34,226 nt of DNA from Opitutales bacterium (GTDB lineage: Bacteria; Verrucomicrobiota; Verrucomicrobiia; Opitutales; Coraliomargaritaceae): assembly GCA_046546295.1 (NCBI GenBank), contig JBKGYB010000001.1, positions 1 to 34,226 of the forward strand, written 5' to 3'. Shown piece after piece: positions 1-9,759 of the stretch. Under the pieces are notes generated by a model, which was not told the DNA's origin, ran no database searches, and was given only the letters and a program-made list of their open reading frames with translations. The translations under genes and the position numbers were made by a program. Within the stretch, counting starts at the first letter, position 1. The number at the start of each line of letters is the position of its first letter.

Positions 1-18
1 GCGGAATGTAGGATTAAA

Positions 19-88
19 GTAGCGTGCAGCAGCAAACGTCCGTTTTAGCCTCTATAAAGACCTTACGGGGGCGTTTGCTGCACGCTAC
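19..88. repeat. Imperfect inverted repeat (stem-loop) in the 5' non-coding region
   Basis: GTAGCGTGCAGCAGCAAACG (19-38) is complementary to CGTTTGCTGCACGCTAC (72-88) apart from one 3-nt bulge. The loop is ~33 nt. No convincing T-run follows, so it is not called a terminator. Confidence 0.5.
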
Positions 89-146
89 GAAAGAAACCTG
101 TTATAGGCCGCTATGCTTGTTTGCGGGCTTGACCCCGTGACAGCGC

Positions 147-698
147 TTGCCTCATAGTAGTGACATCAGCAATCCAATACAGCAATATCGCGCGCTCATA
201 CTCCGGAGCAATCGGTTTCTTGGTTCCACCTTGGTGGAGCGGGGGCTCGTTACATCCAAGGATCTGGAGGCGGCGAACGAAAAATTCATGGAGATGGTCC
301 AATCCGAGGAGTTGCAAAACGCTTCGATTCTGACGACGCTTCTTTATGATATGAAAGCGCTGGAGGAGGCCCGATTGCTCGAATACATCATGGATGAGCG
401 TCGGATTGGACTGGTTGATCTGAGCCGAATCGAATTGCACTCGCTGCGTCCGCTGAATGTCGATACGTCCCTGTGCTGGGCGACTTCAACAATACCTTTT
501 GACAAAGTTGAAAACACTCATATGCTGGCCACTTGTTATTACTTAAGCGCTCCGGTGGTCAAACAATGGGAGAATCTTCTTGAGGGGGAAATAATCTGGT
601 ATGCGACGTCTTTGTCGTCACTGGGGCAGGCATTGGAGCGCCTTGAGGAAATACACGCCGCCGAAGACGCGGCAGCTGCGGAAGAATCGCATGCCTGA
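147..698 (+). CDS. Stand-alone T2SS-E N-terminal (GspE_N / MshEN-like) domain protein
   Basis: 183-aa ORF with a TTG start. The N-terminus, RFLGSTLVERGLVTSKDLEAANEKF, resembles the LGxxLVxxGLhxxxxL helix pair of GspE/PilB/MshE N-domains. There is no ATPase core. It lies on the same strand 28 bp upstream of the response regulators and PilB. The start codon is uncertain. Confidence 0.6.
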   Translation: MPHSSDISNPIQQYRALILRSNRFLGSTLVERGLVTSKDLEAANEKFMEMVQSEELQNASILTTLLYDMKALEEARLLEYIMDERRIGLVDLSRIELHSLRPLNVDTSLCWATSTIPFDKVENTHMLATCYYLSAPVVKQWENLLEGEIIWYATSLSSLGQALERLEEIHAAEDAAAAEESHA

Positions 699-726
699 AG
701 AAGCGGTGAAGTAAAAAACGGAAAAA

Positions 727-2034
727 ATGGCTTACAAAATTCTCATTCTCGACGATGACACGGATTTTAACAGTCTGCTCACGGATATTTACGAGCAAGC
801 GGACTATGTTGTGAGCTCAAAGGTGAATCCGACGGAGGCGCTTGAGGATTTTAAACAAAACGAATATGACCTTGTGGTGACGGATCACAAGATGCCGGAT
901 ATGATGGGCGCGGAGTTCATGCGGCGGATAAGGAAACTCAAGCCGGAAGTGCCGGTTATCATGGTTTCCGGCTATTTGGAGAATGACACGATCCGCGAGC
1001 TTATCAGCGAGGGAGTGGGCGGCGTATTCCTGAAACCTTTGAATATTTTTTCGCTTCTGGAACGGACTTCGGAGCTGATCGAAGAAACCGCCAAGATGAA
1101 GGAATCCGGCGTCCGCCGGGATGTAAACGCGTCGCCGGGCGAAGAAGGCGAAGAACCGGAGGAGGCCTTGTCTCTTCAATCTTTTCCCTGCAAGTCCGCC
1201 CCATCGGTTGAATTTTCGGAACGTTTGCACAGCCTGCGGAATTTCAAGTCCACGCTCACTTTGATAGGGGGGCCGGGAACGCATTTCCGCTCTATTTGCG
1301 AAGATATTCGGAAGTTCAGCGGAAAGGAGGGAGAACGCTTTGTTTATTTCAGCCGGGGTTCTTTTGACGAACGGCAGGCACTGGCCGTCCTTGAAGAAGC
1401 CCGGGAAAAAGGGGCGAGCCGTGTCACTTGCGTGTTGCTTGAAGTTGAGAGCATGGAAGTGGAACAGAAACGGTTGGCAGCGCAGCTGCCGAAGCGCGAG
1501 GGGCCATTTGAAGCGCTTGATATGGATATACGGGCGCTCTTTTGCATCTGCGGCGACTTGGACGCGCTTTTTGACGAGGGGTGGATCGATGAGGAGCTTT
1601 ACATTCTGATGGGCACGGCCGAAGTAAAAGTTCCCTCCCTGCGGGATTGCCCCGAAGACGTGCCGATTATGGCGCAGCAAATGGTGGCCGATATCGCCCA
1701 CAAAAAGGAGCTGCCGTCCGTTCCGCAATTTGAAAAATCGGCTTCCGATTTTCTGCGTACGCGGCGGTGGGAGAGGAATGCGGCGGAGTTGCGGGAGGTC
1801 GTAAAGTCCATCATGGAGCGTGGTTCAGGCGACGTGATTACACAGGCTGCGGTGGTGGCGGCGATGGAAGCCGGGCCGGTTGAAAAAGGCGCACGCGCAC
1901 AGCTGGAGGATTGGCTGGCGGAGATGCGGACGGGTTGCGTGCATTCCGTCGAATTACTTGTCGGAAACGACGCGGCGAAGATCGCTGAATTTTTCGGATC
2001 CGACACAAATACAATCAAAGGAATTTTGGAATAG
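727..2034 (+). CDS. NtrC-family-like response regulator (REC + degenerate sigma54-type AAA+ core + C-terminal HTH)
   Basis: The REC domain is intact: ILILDDD, acceptor LVVTDHKMPDMMG, MVSGY and LKPL. In the central region, LIGGPGTHFRSICEDIRKFS aligns to the bEBP Walker A (GESGTGKE) but lacks the Lys. No GAFTGA loop is present. RRWERNAAELREVV aligns to WPGNVRELEN. The C-terminal AAKIAEFFGSDTNTIKGIL is Fis-type HTH-like. Confidence 0.8.
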   Translation: MAYKILILDDDTDFNSLLTDIYEQADYVVSSKVNPTEALEDFKQNEYDLVVTDHKMPDMMGAEFMRRIRKLKPEVPVIMVSGYLENDTIRELISEGVGGVFLKPLNIFSLLERTSELIEETAKMKESGVRRDVNASPGEEGEEPEEALSLQSFPCKSAPSVEFSERLHSLRNFKSTLTLIGGPGTHFRSICEDIRKFSGKEGERFVYFSRGSFDERQALAVLEEAREKGASRVTCVLLEVESMEVEQKRLAAQLPKREGPFEALDMDIRALFCICGDLDALFDEGWIDEELYILMGTAEVKVPSLRDCPEDVPIMAQQMVADIAHKKELPSVPQFEKSASDFLRTRRWERNAAELREVVKSIMERGSGDVITQAAVVAAMEAGPVEKGARAQLEDWLAEMRTGCVHSVELLVGNDAAKIAEFFGSDTNTIKGILE

Positions 2035-2068
2035 TCGCACCCTGGCGGGTGGAGCGGAATATAAACTT

Positions 2069-3385
2069 ATGGCTGGAAGAATACTCGTTCTGGACGACGA
2101 AGAGAATTACGCGGAGATGCTGCGTGACCTTTTACGTGAAAATGACTACCGCGTGGATATGGCGACGCGACCGGAGCTCGCGATCGAACAGCTCGAGGAA
2201 ATCCCTTATGATCTTGTCATATCCGACTACAAGATGCCGGTGATGGACGGCGCTGATTTTTTGAAAAAAGCGCGCGAGCTTTATCCCAATCTGCCGGTTA
2301 TCCTCGTTTCCGGGCTGATGAATACGCCGGAACTCGTCAAAGTGGCCAACATGAGCGTGACCTTGGTGATGGAAAAGCCCCTCGACACCCAGGCATTCCT
2401 GCGGCACGTGGCGCGTTTTTCCACTCCGATGACAGCTGCCGAAAAGGAAGCCTTGGAGCATGAAAAGGGGGAAGCCGAGGCCGGTTCAACGGCCGGTGGC
2501 TATCGATACCCCGAGGAACCGCGATTTTACCGCGCCGTCAGTTCGATGGCGAAACGTTTTCTTCAGGATTTGTGGACAATCGCTGAAAAGAATGGAAGTT
2601 GTTTTATTTACGAGCCCAAAGGAGGCGACGGCATGCTGGCAATGAAGGATCTTTCCGGTTGGCTGGGGAACCGCGATCTTCCGGTGCGGACCTTTGATAT
2701 GGACGCTTTGCGGGGGGGCGGGTCGCACGTGCTGGAGGAGGTCCTTTCGGATGACAGCTGCAGCAATTTAGTCGTTGTCCATTTGAGCGGGCGGGAAGAA
2801 ATCGAAGAAGCGCGGCGTCTTTTAAAGAATGACTGGGCCGGGCTCGTGGCAAACCAATCCCTTTTTCTTGCCTGCCTTGTCGAAGCGGAGCTTTCGAAAC
2901 CGGAGTTCCGCGCAAGTGCGGGTGAAAACGGCAGCATAAATCCGCCCTTGGCGTTGCGTGCGCCGGACGCCGCCGAATATGCGTCACGGTTTGCCCGTAT
3001 GGGAGCCGAGCGCCTCGGCAAGTCGCAATGCGCCCGCTTCACCAATGAAGCAGCCTACGGGATACTTGCTTCAGAGTGGCCCGGCAACCGGGACCAGGTT
3101 CGCGAACTCGTGTCGGCTGCTTTGGAAAAAAGCGCCGACGGGCCATTGGAGCTTGCCTTGCTAAGCGAAGGTCTTGGGGTCGCCCTGGACGACGTGCCGC
3201 CGCCGAAGGACCGCTTGCACGCTCTCATGAGTCTCTGGCAACGGCGCTATGTTCGGGAGTGCCGGATGTCGCGGGATTTGTCGGTCCGGGAAATCGCCGA
3301 AGAATTAAAACTGGATCCGCGGCCCGCCAACGAGGCGGAGCTTGATGCATTTCCCTTGATTAAGCCCGAGCTGGCGGATCTCTAA
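2069..3385 (+). CDS. Second NtrC-family-like response regulator with degenerate AAA+ core
   Basis: REC motifs are [26 protein letters not shown] and MEKPL. The central [17 protein letters not shown] replaces Walker [15 protein letters not shown] aligns to WPGNVRELEN. The C-terminal [12 protein letters not shown] is an HTH_8-like motif. The start is set at ATG 2069 ([10 protein letters not shown]); the ORF-track extension to 1880 overlaps the upstream gene. Confidence 0.8.
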   Translation: MAGRILVLDDEENYAEMLRDLLRENDYRVDMATRPELAIEQLEEIPYDLVISDYKMPVMDGADFLKKARELYPNLPVILVSGLMNTPELVKVANMSVTLVMEKPLDTQAFLRHVARFSTPMTAAEKEALEHEKGEAEAGSTAGGYRYPEEPRFYRAVSSMAKRFLQDLWTIAEKNGSCFIYEPKGGDGMLAMKDLSGWLGNRDLPVRTFDMDALRGGGSHVLEEVLSDDSCSNLVVVHLSGREEIEEARRLLKNDWAGLVANQSLFLACLVEAELSKPEFRASAGENGSINPPLALRAPDAAEYASRFARMGAERLGKSQCARFTNEAAYGILASEWPGNRDQVRELVSAALEKSADGPLELALLSEGLGVALDDVPPPKDRLHALMSLWQRRYVRECRMSRDLSVREIAEELKLDPRPANEAELDAFPLIKPELADL

Positions 3386-3434
3386 GTTTTTTATAAAACT
3401 TGCAGTTGTCGGAATTTCCAATAGTTGTACAAAT

Positions 3435-5195
3435 ATGGCACTGGCCAGAATTCAAGCATCCATCGTGCAGCACCTGCAAAAGATGGGGTACCTTTCCAAG
3501 GTGCAGTACGATACCATTGTTGGAACAGATGAAGAGCTTTCCGGCGAGGCGGTCGAAAAGCTCCTGCTGGAGGAATACAAGGTCAGTCAATTTCAACTTG
3601 TTCTGGCAAAGGGCAAAGCCTTTGATTTGCCGCCGATCAATGTTCGTCACTGCCTTGTCGACGAGAACAATTTCGAGAAGTTGGACAAGGAATTCTGCCG
3701 GGAAAACAATGTACTGCCCATAGGCTTTGCGGCCGATTACATGATCGTGGCAGTGGGCAACCCGTTCAATGTTCAATTGACCAGTAAAATGCAGAAAACC
3801 GCGGGAATGCGGATTTGCATTTTGCTGGGACTGGACGACGACATTGCCAACGCGCTTGAAGAGAGCAAGGAGGAGAAGCAGCAAGTTGGTTTCGGGGATG
3901 TCGTCGATGCCTTGGGCATGCAATTTAACGATGAGGAGCAGTTGGAGGAAGACTTTTCGGACGAAGAATCCGCGCCGATTATCCAGCTTGCCAATCGGAT
4001 TGTTGAGGAAGCCTACTATTCCGGCGCCAGTGATATCCATATCGAACCATTTGAAAGCGAAACCCGCGTCCGTGCCCGAGTGGACGGGGTGCTGCGAAAC
4101 CGCCTGACTATTCCACCCGGCGCCTCTTCCGCCTTGCTTGCCCGTATCAAGGTGATGGCGCAGATGGACATTGCTGAAAAGCGGAAGCCCCAGGACGGGC
4201 GTATCGTGTTTAAACAGTTCAACAAGAGAGGGATCGATGTTGACCTGCGTGTATCGACGGCGCCCCTGAACCATGGCGAGGGAGCGGTGATGCGGCTCCT
4301 CGACAAACAGAAAAGCGCGCTGCCCCTGCCCGCCCTCGGTTTTTCCGAGCGCAACCTCGGGTTGTACAGGGAGTTGATCCAGCGTTCGTATGGCATGATC
4401 CTCCATTGCGGTCCGACGGGTTCAGGCAAGTCGATGACGCTTTATTCCGCTCTCAATGAGATCAACAAGCCGGACATTTGTATCCGGACGGCAGAGGACC
4501 CCATTGAGTATACATTGCCGGGTCTATTGCAGATGCAGGTACAACCGCGGATCGGGCTTACCTTTGCCGCGGCGTTGCGTTCGTTCCTCCGTCAGGATCC
4601 GGATGTAATTCTGGTCGGTGAAATCCGTGACAGGGAAACCGCTGGTATCGCCGTCGAAGCGGCGCTCACGGGGCACTTGCTTTTCAGCACTCTGCACACG
4701 AATGATGCGCCGACCACGATTTCCCGGCTTACGGAAATGGGGATCGAGCCATTTATGATTTCCGCGTCGATTCTTTGTGTTTGCGCGCAGCGCCTCATGC
4801 GTCGTGTATGCAAATCATGCATGAAGCCTTATACGCAGGAGGGCAACGAAGCGGCGATTATGGAGCGTGCCATCGGCTGGAGCGGGAAAGTGCGGGCGGC
4901 CGGCAAGGAAGGTTGCCCGAATTGCGGGAGTATCGGCTACAAGGGGCGTGTCGGCATCCACGAACTAATGGCAACCAGTGAAGAACTGATCAAAGCCATC
5001 AACAGTGGAGAGGAGGCGGCCGTCTTGAAGCGGATTGCCATGCGCAACGGGATGATGACGCTCCACCAGGACAGTCTGCTTAAAGTCCGGGAAGGACTGT
5101 CCACCATGGAAGAAGCGCTGGGTACGGTGCCTCCCGACATGGAGGAGTATGAAATCGACCACAACGCGCCCCAGGTTGAAAAGGTGAAGGCCTGA
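3435..5195 (+). CDS. pilB: Type IV pilus assembly / type II secretion ATPase (PilB/GspE family)
   Basis: 586 aa. It has an N-terminal GspE_N-like domain, Walker A GPTGSGKS, Asp box EDPIEY, Walker B ILVGEIRD and His box [12 protein letters not shown]. The tetracysteine CKSC...[18 protein letters not shown] is typical of PilB/GspE. Confidence 0.9.
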   Translation: MALARIQASIVQHLQKMGYLSKVQYDTIVGTDEELSGEAVEKLLLEEYKVSQFQLVLAKGKAFDLPPINVRHCLVDENNFEKLDKEFCRENNVLPIGFAADYMIVAVGNPFNVQLTSKMQKTAGMRICILLGLDDDIANALEESKEEKQQVGFGDVVDALGMQFNDEEQLEEDFSDEESAPIIQLANRIVEEAYYSGASDIHIEPFESETRVRARVDGVLRNRLTIPPGASSALLARIKVMAQMDIAEKRKPQDGRIVFKQFNKRGIDVDLRVSTAPLNHGEGAVMRLLDKQKSALPLPALGFSERNLGLYRELIQRSYGMILHCGPTGSGKSMTLYSALNEINKPDICIRTAEDPIEYTLPGLLQMQVQPRIGLTFAAALRSFLRQDPDVILVGEIRDRETAGIAVEAALTGHLLFSTLHTNDAPTTISRLTEMGIEPFMISASILCVCAQRLMRRVCKSCMKPYTQEGNEAAIMERAIGWSGKVRAAGKEGCPNCGSIGYKGRVGIHELMATSEELIKAINSGEEAAVLKRIAMRNGMMTLHQDSLLKVREGLSTMEEALGTVPPDMEEYEIDHNAPQVEKVKA

Positions 5196-5204
5196 GCCGG
5201 GAAA

Positions 5205-5600
5205 TCACTCGACGCTTTCGAGTGTGGCGACCAGCGCTCCCAGGAAGACGAGTTCGGTTTCGCCCGTATTGCGGATGGCTTGTGTCTCGCCGTGTCGCGT
5301 GATTTGCAACGTGCCGGGCTTGAATGGATGTTCGACGCCGTTATCCACCACGATGCCGTCTCCCGACAGGCAATAGTAGAAGTCTTCCTCCTCCTCATGG
5401 GAATGCGGGCCGACCGACCCCCCGGGTTCCAGACGTACGACGGCAACGCTTTTGATGGCGCTCCCGGGAAACAAGTCGATTAGTTTGTGGGCGTAAACCG
5501 CGCCGTTGCCTCCGCGGACCTCCTCGGCGGTTTCCGGAACAATTTCGTTAACATTGGTAATCATACCGTACGGTTTACAACCCTTGGGACGCGATGTCAT
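5205..5600 (-). CDS. Cupin domain protein
   Basis: 131 aa. GPHSHEEEEDFYYCLSGDG...VEHPFKPGTLQITRHGETQAIRN fits the two-motif cupin_2 pattern (G-x-H-x-H...E, then G...P...H...N). An alternative start exists at 5564. Confidence 0.7.
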   Translation of the reverse strand: MTSRPKGCKPYGMITNVNEIVPETAEEVRGGNGAVYAHKLIDLFPGSAIKSVAVVRLEPGGSVGPHSHEEEEDFYYCLSGDGIVVDNGVEHPFKPGTLQITRHGETQAIRNTGETELVFLGALVATLESVE

Positions 5601-5696
5601 TTAAAAAATGACCGTGAAATTAAATCTCCCGATATTCGTATTGATTGATGGGCTCACTTTTGTTTCGCTTTCCCGGTACTGCTAGCAGTCGGATCC

Positions 5697-5772
5697 GGGG
5701 GCGTAGCTCAGTGGATAGAGCAGCGGTTTTCTAAACCGTTTGTCGTGGGTTCGAGTCCCACCGCCCCTGCCA
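5697..5772 (+). tRNA. tRNA-Arg (anticodon UCU)
   Basis: Cloverleaf folded by hand. The acceptor GGGGGCG pairs with CGCCCCT, with a G-U at 1:72. The D arm is GCTC-AGTGGATA-GAGC. The anticodon arm is GCGGT-TTTCTAA-ACCGT, giving anticodon TCT. The T arm is GTGGG-TTCGAGT-CCCAC. The discriminator is G and CCA is encoded. Total length is 76 nt. Confidence 0.93.
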
Positions 5773-5879
5773 GCTTAAGGCCTTGCAAACAAAAGATTTA
5801 CGGCGTTTCAAGCTTTTGCGGTTGCAAAGCGTGCTTCGTCCTGTCTTGGTTTACAGTTTAATCACAGGAACAGCAGTGC

Positions 5880-7319
5880 ATGGATTCAGTTATGGGAAAA
5901 AGTTTATTTGAAAAAGCATGGGACGCGCATGCCGTCCGGGAACTTGCGAACGGGCAGACCCAGTTGTTGATCGGGACGCACCTGATCCACGAGGTCACAA
6001 GCCCGCAGGCTTTTGGCATGTTGCGCGACAAGGGGCTGAGCGTGCGGTATCCGCACAGGACTTTTGCGACGGTCGACCATATCGTGCCGACCAACGAGAC
6101 GGTTGAACCGTACAGCGACCGTCTTGCCCAAGGCATGATCGAGGAGCTGCGGAAGAACTGCAAAGAGCACGGGATCGAGTTTTTCGATACAAATACCGGC
6201 CATCAGGGGATCGTGCATATCGTTGGGCCGGAGCAGGGCATCACTCAGCCCGGGACGACGATTGCGTGCGGGGATTCGCACACTTCCACGCACGGAGCGT
6301 TCGGGGCGATTGCTTTCGGGATCGGGACCAGTCAGGTGCGCGATGTCCTGGCAACCCAGACGATGGCCCTTAACAAGCTGAAGGTCCGGCGTATCAATGT
6401 GGACGGGGTGCTGCCGCCGGGCGTCTATGCCAAGGATGTTATTCTGCATATTATCCGGCTGCTCGGAACAAAGGGCGGCGCCGGATACGCTTACGAATAC
6501 GGTGGTACGGTCTTCGACAATTTTTCCATGGAGGAGCGCATGACCGTCTGCAACATGTCAATCGAAGGCGGGGCGCGTGTCGGCTATGTCAACCCGGACG
6601 CAACCACTTTCGACTACCTGAAAGGACGCCCTTATGCCCCGCGTGACGCGGATTGGGACGCTGCGGTTGAGCGGTGGCGTTCTTTTGCATCCGATGAAGA
6701 CTGTGTCTACGACGACGTTGTGAATATCGATGCCGCCGGGATCCAGCCAACCGTGACATGGGGGATCACCCCCGGCCAGAGTGTTGGCATTGAAGCCTGT
6801 ATTCCCACTGTCGAGGACGGGGCAACGCAGTCCGAACGCGAGTCGATCGAAGAAGCGCTCGAGCACATGCGGTTCCAGGGCGGTACTCCGGTAAAAGGCA
6901 AAAAAATTGACGTGGCTTTTTTCGGGTCGTGTACGAATGCGCGGCTTTCCGACATTCAGGAGGTGGCTCGCTACCTCAAGGGGCACAAGGTGGCCGACGG
7001 GGTTCAGGCAATCGCCGTGCCCGGATCCCAGGTGGTGGCCGCTCTGGCCGAGGAAATGGGGCTGGACGAAGTATTCAAGGAGGCCGGATTCGAATGGAGG
7101 TCGGCGGGCTGTTCCATGTGCCTTGCCATGAATCCCGACAAGCTGGTGGGCGACCAGGTTTGCGCCAGCTCATCGAACCGTAATTTCAAGGGGCGGCAGG
7201 GAAGTCCCAGCGGGCGTACCCTGTTGATGAGCCCGTTGATGGTTGCCGCGGCTGCGGTTACCGGTGAAATCGCGGACGCGCGGGAAGTTTTCGGCATGGC
7301 CGAGGCGGCTTCGGCTTGA
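5880..7319 (+). CDS. leuC: 3-isopropylmalate dehydratase large subunit
   Basis: The aconitase-family large subunit begins (M)[14 protein letters not shown]. It contains [16 protein letters not shown], and the Fe-S ligand context appears in GSCTNAR and CSMCLAMN. leuD follows directly. An alternative start at ATG 5892 fits homologues at least as well. Confidence 0.93.
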   Translation: MDSVMGKSLFEKAWDAHAVRELANGQTQLLIGTHLIHEVTSPQAFGMLRDKGLSVRYPHRTFATVDHIVPTNETVEPYSDRLAQGMIEELRKNCKEHGIEFFDTNTGHQGIVHIVGPEQGITQPGTTIACGDSHTSTHGAFGAIAFGIGTSQVRDVLATQTMALNKLKVRRINVDGVLPPGVYAKDVILHIIRLLGTKGGAGYAYEYGGTVFDNFSMEERMTVCNMSIEGGARVGYVNPDATTFDYLKGRPYAPRDADWDAAVERWRSFASDEDCVYDDVVNIDAAGIQPTVTWGITPGQSVGIEACIPTVEDGATQSERESIEEALEHMRFQGGTPVKGKKIDVAFFGSCTNARLSDIQEVARYLKGHKVADGVQAIAVPGSQVVAALAEEMGLDEVFKEAGFEWRSAGCSMCLAMNPDKLVGDQVCASSSNRNFKGRQGSPSGRTLLMSPLMVAAAAVTGEIADAREVFGMAEAASA

Positions 7320-7353
7320 AAGAGACTTTAAAAACTGCAAATAAAATTCGAGC

Positions 7354-7971
7354 ATGGCAATTCAACCTATCAAGCAAGTAGCGGGCAAGGGCGTGTATGT
7401 ACCGGGCGACGATATCGATACGGACCGGATCATACCGGCGCGCTTCATGAAATGCATCACCTTCGACGGGCTGGGCGAGTATCTCTTCCACGACGTCCGG
7501 AAGACGGAGGACGGCGAGTTGAAACCCCACAACCTGAACGATCCCCGCTTCGCCGAGGCCTCCATCTTGATAACCGGCAACAATTTCGGCTGTGGCAGTT
7601 CCCGTGAACATGCCCCCCAATCCATCATGCGGGCGGGCTATAAAGCGGTGATCGCCGGCAGTTTCGCCGAGATTTTCTTCGGCAACGCAACCAACCTGGG
7701 CGTGGTATGTGTCACCGCAAAGGAGCAGGACCGCGAGGTCCTCCGCGATGCGATCGAGCGGGATCCCGATCTGGAAATTACGATTGATTTGGGGGAGCGC
7801 CGAATTTGGTTCGACGACGAAAACATACCTTGCGACATCAAGCCCGGCGCCAGGGACAGTTTTTTCAAAGGCACGTACGACCCGCTGGCTGAATTGTTGG
7901 ACGGGGCGGAGGCCGTTGATGAAGCGGCGGCCCGCCTGCCTTACATGCATGCGGGCTGGGGGCGGGAGTAG
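7354..7971 (+). CDS. leuD: 3-isopropylmalate dehydratase small subunit
   Basis: 205 aa. DDIDTDRIIPARF and GNNFGCGSSREHAP are typical of the LeuD/aconitase swivel domain. It lies 34 bp downstream of leuC. Confidence 0.92.
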   Translation: MAIQPIKQVAGKGVYVPGDDIDTDRIIPARFMKCITFDGLGEYLFHDVRKTEDGELKPHNLNDPRFAEASILITGNNFGCGSSREHAPQSIMRAGYKAVIAGSFAEIFFGNATNLGVVCVTAKEQDREVLRDAIERDPDLEITIDLGERRIWFDDENIPCDIKPGARDSFFKGTYDPLAELLDGAEAVDEAAARLPYMHAGWGRE

Positions 7972-8014
7972 GCCCGATTTGAAGGGCAGCCAACCAATCG
8001 GCTATGACTTCAAT

Positions 8015-8590
8015 ATGGATATATTGAGCAACAGCGGCATTTTTATTTACCCACTGGCCGCCTGTTCCTTGCTCGCGCTTTTTATAACGGTCGAGCGACT
8101 ATTCGCATTGCGTCGCTCGCGTGTCACTCCCAAGCCCATGCTCCACGCATTTGTGGAAGGGGATGTCGATTCCCTGCAGGGTGACCGGAAATCCGTGCTC
8201 GGGCGGATCATTCATTACCACCGCGTACAAAAGCCGGATGCCGAAGCCCTCAAAGCGTTCGCTACTCTCGAAGTAAGCCGTCTTGAGCGGGGTTTGTTCC
8301 TGCTTGAGGTCGTGGTTGGCGTGGCGCCGCTTCTCGGCCTCCTCGGGACGGTGACGGGATTGACGCAGGTCTTTTCAAATTTCTCTGCGGAGACCGGGCT
8401 GCCCGATCCCGCTACTTTCATAACAGGCATTGCGCTGGCATTAAACACCACGATTCTCGGGCTTGCGATCGCGATACCCGCGCTCGCGGCACACGCCTAT
8501 TTAATCCGGCGGGTGGAAGCCCAGGCGGCCTCGATTAACGTCGGGGTGCAGTGTCTGGTGGACAATTCGCGGCGAAAAGAAAAGACATGA
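8015..8590 (+). CDS. exbB: MotA/TolQ/ExbB proton-channel family protein
   Basis: MDILSNSGIFIYPLAACSLLALFITVERLFALRR is followed by a C-terminal LLGLLGTVTGL...ALNTTILGLAIAIPA signature. The start is placed at ATG 8015; the ORF-track extension to 7709 overlaps leuD. Confidence 0.85.
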   Translation: MDILSNSGIFIYPLAACSLLALFITVERLFALRRSRVTPKPMLHAFVEGDVDSLQGDRKSVLGRIIHYHRVQKPDAEALKAFATLEVSRLERGLFLLEVVVGVAPLLGLLGTVTGLTQVFSNFSAETGLPDPATFITGIALALNTTILGLAIAIPALAAHAYLIRRVEAQAASINVGVQCLVDNSRRKEKT

Positions 8591-8982
8591 GCCTGATCGT
8601 CCGCAAACGTCGTCCGCCCTCGATCAACATCGTGCCGCTTGTGGATGTGCTCACGGTGTTGCTTTTCTTTTTTCTCATGACGATGCAATTTAAGCGGATC
8701 AGCGCCTTGAATATCACCTTGCCGGAAATCCAGACCGCCGGTGAGAACAAAATCGACGAGAAGATCGTGATCACGCTGTCTGAGAAGGGTGACATCCACT
8801 TGAACGAGCGCGCGGTCAGTCGTGAGGAATTAAGGAGCGCGATGGAGCTGGCGGGGGCAAACACGCCGGAAATTCCCGTCCTTCTGGTGGCGGATGAGGA
8901 GGCGCCGCTCAAACAAGTCACGGCGGTAATGGATATTTGCCGGAGCAACAAACTGAACAAGATCCGTCTTCAATCGCGTTGA
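8587..8982 (+). CDS. exbD: Biopolymer transport protein ExbD/TolR
   Basis: The N-terminus MSLIVRKRRPPSINIVPLVDVLTVLLFFFL is typical of ExbD/TolR, as is the periplasmic domain. Its ATG overlaps the exbB stop (ATGA at 8587-8590), indicating translational coupling. Confidence 0.85.
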   Translation: MSLIVRKRRPPSINIVPLVDVLTVLLFFFLMTMQFKRISALNITLPEIQTAGENKIDEKIVITLSEKGDIHLNERAVSREELRSAMELAGANTPEIPVLLVADEEAPLKQVTAVMDICRSNKLNKIRLQSR

Positions 8983-9009
8983 GGGGGGCGGCCGGAGCCC
9001 GAACGCGCC

Positions 9010-9756
9010 TCAACGCGAAATATTCCAGACATCGGAGGCGAAGCGTTCTTTTTCGGCCTGAATGTCCAGTTTGTTCAGAATGGAGGATTCACCTTCCCGC
9101 TCTTCATCCGTTAGCCGCAGTTCGAGTATTTCGGCGAGGCTTTGGGCGAATGCATTCCGGAAATTCCCGAAATCGAAGTTCGGAGGCAGCGCCTCGCGGG
9201 CGATGGAGCCTTGCAGGAGCAGGCCGGAGCGCGTGCGTTTCATGGCGGCGCCGGCTATCTTTGTGCCATCGGGACGCACGACATCGTTGTGGGCGGCTTG
9301 AAGAAAGCACTGGTCGGCGGCGACGGTCTTTTTCGGGTTTCCCGCGGCTGCGGCAGGCTCTGTGTTGCAGTCTCTCGGACAAGGCGCGAGCCCGCAGTCA
9401 ACGCCCGCATTTTGCAGGGCATCCCGGATCTTCCGGTGGACCTCGCCATACAATGTATCGGCCCGTCTACGGGCGGCGGGTAGGCCGGTTTCCAGGGCGA
9501 GGGCATAGGTCCAGTCGTTGCGGTGGTCGACAATGCCCCCGCCGGTGAGGCGGCGGCATAGCGTGACACCCGTCGGGGCGAGGGCATGGACGGCTTCGTA
9601 TTTTTGGGAGTAACCAAAGGTCAGGGCCGCTTCCGTCCACCCGTAGTGACGAAAAACGGCGGATTCCGGGGGAAGCGATGCGAGGAGGGCGGCGTCGGTC
9701 CCCATGTTGGCGGCTGCGTCGGCGCGCCTGTTCGGAGCGAGGATAAGTGGCCTCAT
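9010..9756 (-). CDS. Lipoate-protein ligase / BPL_LplA_LipB family protein
   Basis: 248 aa. The motifs HYGWTEAALTFGYSQ, RRLTGGGIVDHRNDWTYAL and KIAGAAMKRTRSGLLLQGSI match the catalytic-domain pattern of lipoate/biotin protein ligases. Confidence 0.7.
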   Translation of the reverse strand: MRPLILAPNRRADAAANMGTDAALLASLPPESAVFRHYGWTEAALTFGYSQKYEAVHALAPTGVTLCRRLTGGGIVDHRNDWTYALALETGLPAARRRADTLYGEVHRKIRDALQNAGVDCGLAPCPRDCNTEPAAAAGNPKKTVAADQCFLQAAHNDVVRPDGTKIAGAAMKRTRSGLLLQGSIAREALPPNFDFGNFRNAFAQSLAEILELRLTDEEREGESSILNKLDIQAEKERFASDVWNISR

Positions 9757-9759
9757 GTT

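Noticed and set aside
817-1728. 303-aa ORF on the minus strand, opposite the first response regulator gene
   Set aside because: It lies entirely antisense to a gene with clear REC and NtrC-like motifs. Its composition is Arg/Pro/Gly/Leu-rich, typical of shadow ORFs in GC-rich DNA, and it has no motif.
1880-2068. 5' extension of the second response regulator ORF (track start 1880)
   Set aside because: It overlaps the 3' end of the upstream gene by 155 bp, and its sequence (MKKAHAHSWRIGWRRCGRVAC...) is not protein-like. The REC domain begins right after ATG 2069.
3360-4406. 348-aa minus-strand ORF opposite pilB
   Set aside because: It is antisense to a very well supported PilB/GspE gene (Walker A/B, tetracysteine). 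It has no recognisable domain and is a shadow ORF.
5601-5879. tRNA-Arg as an integration hotspot or genomic island boundary; leader peptide or attenuator upstream of leuC
   Set aside because: No integrase, direct repeat of the tRNA 3' end or compositional break flanks the tRNA. I found no Leu-rich leader ORF or terminator/antiterminator pair upstream of leuC.
7258-7950. 230-aa minus-strand ORF opposite leuD
   Set aside because: It is antisense to leuD, which has unmistakable family motifs. It is a shadow ORF.
7709-8014. 5' extension of the ExbB ORF into leuD
   Set aside because: It overlaps leuD in another frame. The ExbB family N-terminus (MDILSNSG...TM helix) starts at ATG 8015.
8937-9548. 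203-aa plus-strand Arg-rich ORF, together with 9586-10683 (365 aa, plus strand)
   Set aside because: These are antisense to the lipoate-ligase-like and RmlD-like genes respectively. Their extreme Arg/Gly content is typical of out-of-frame GC-rich translation.
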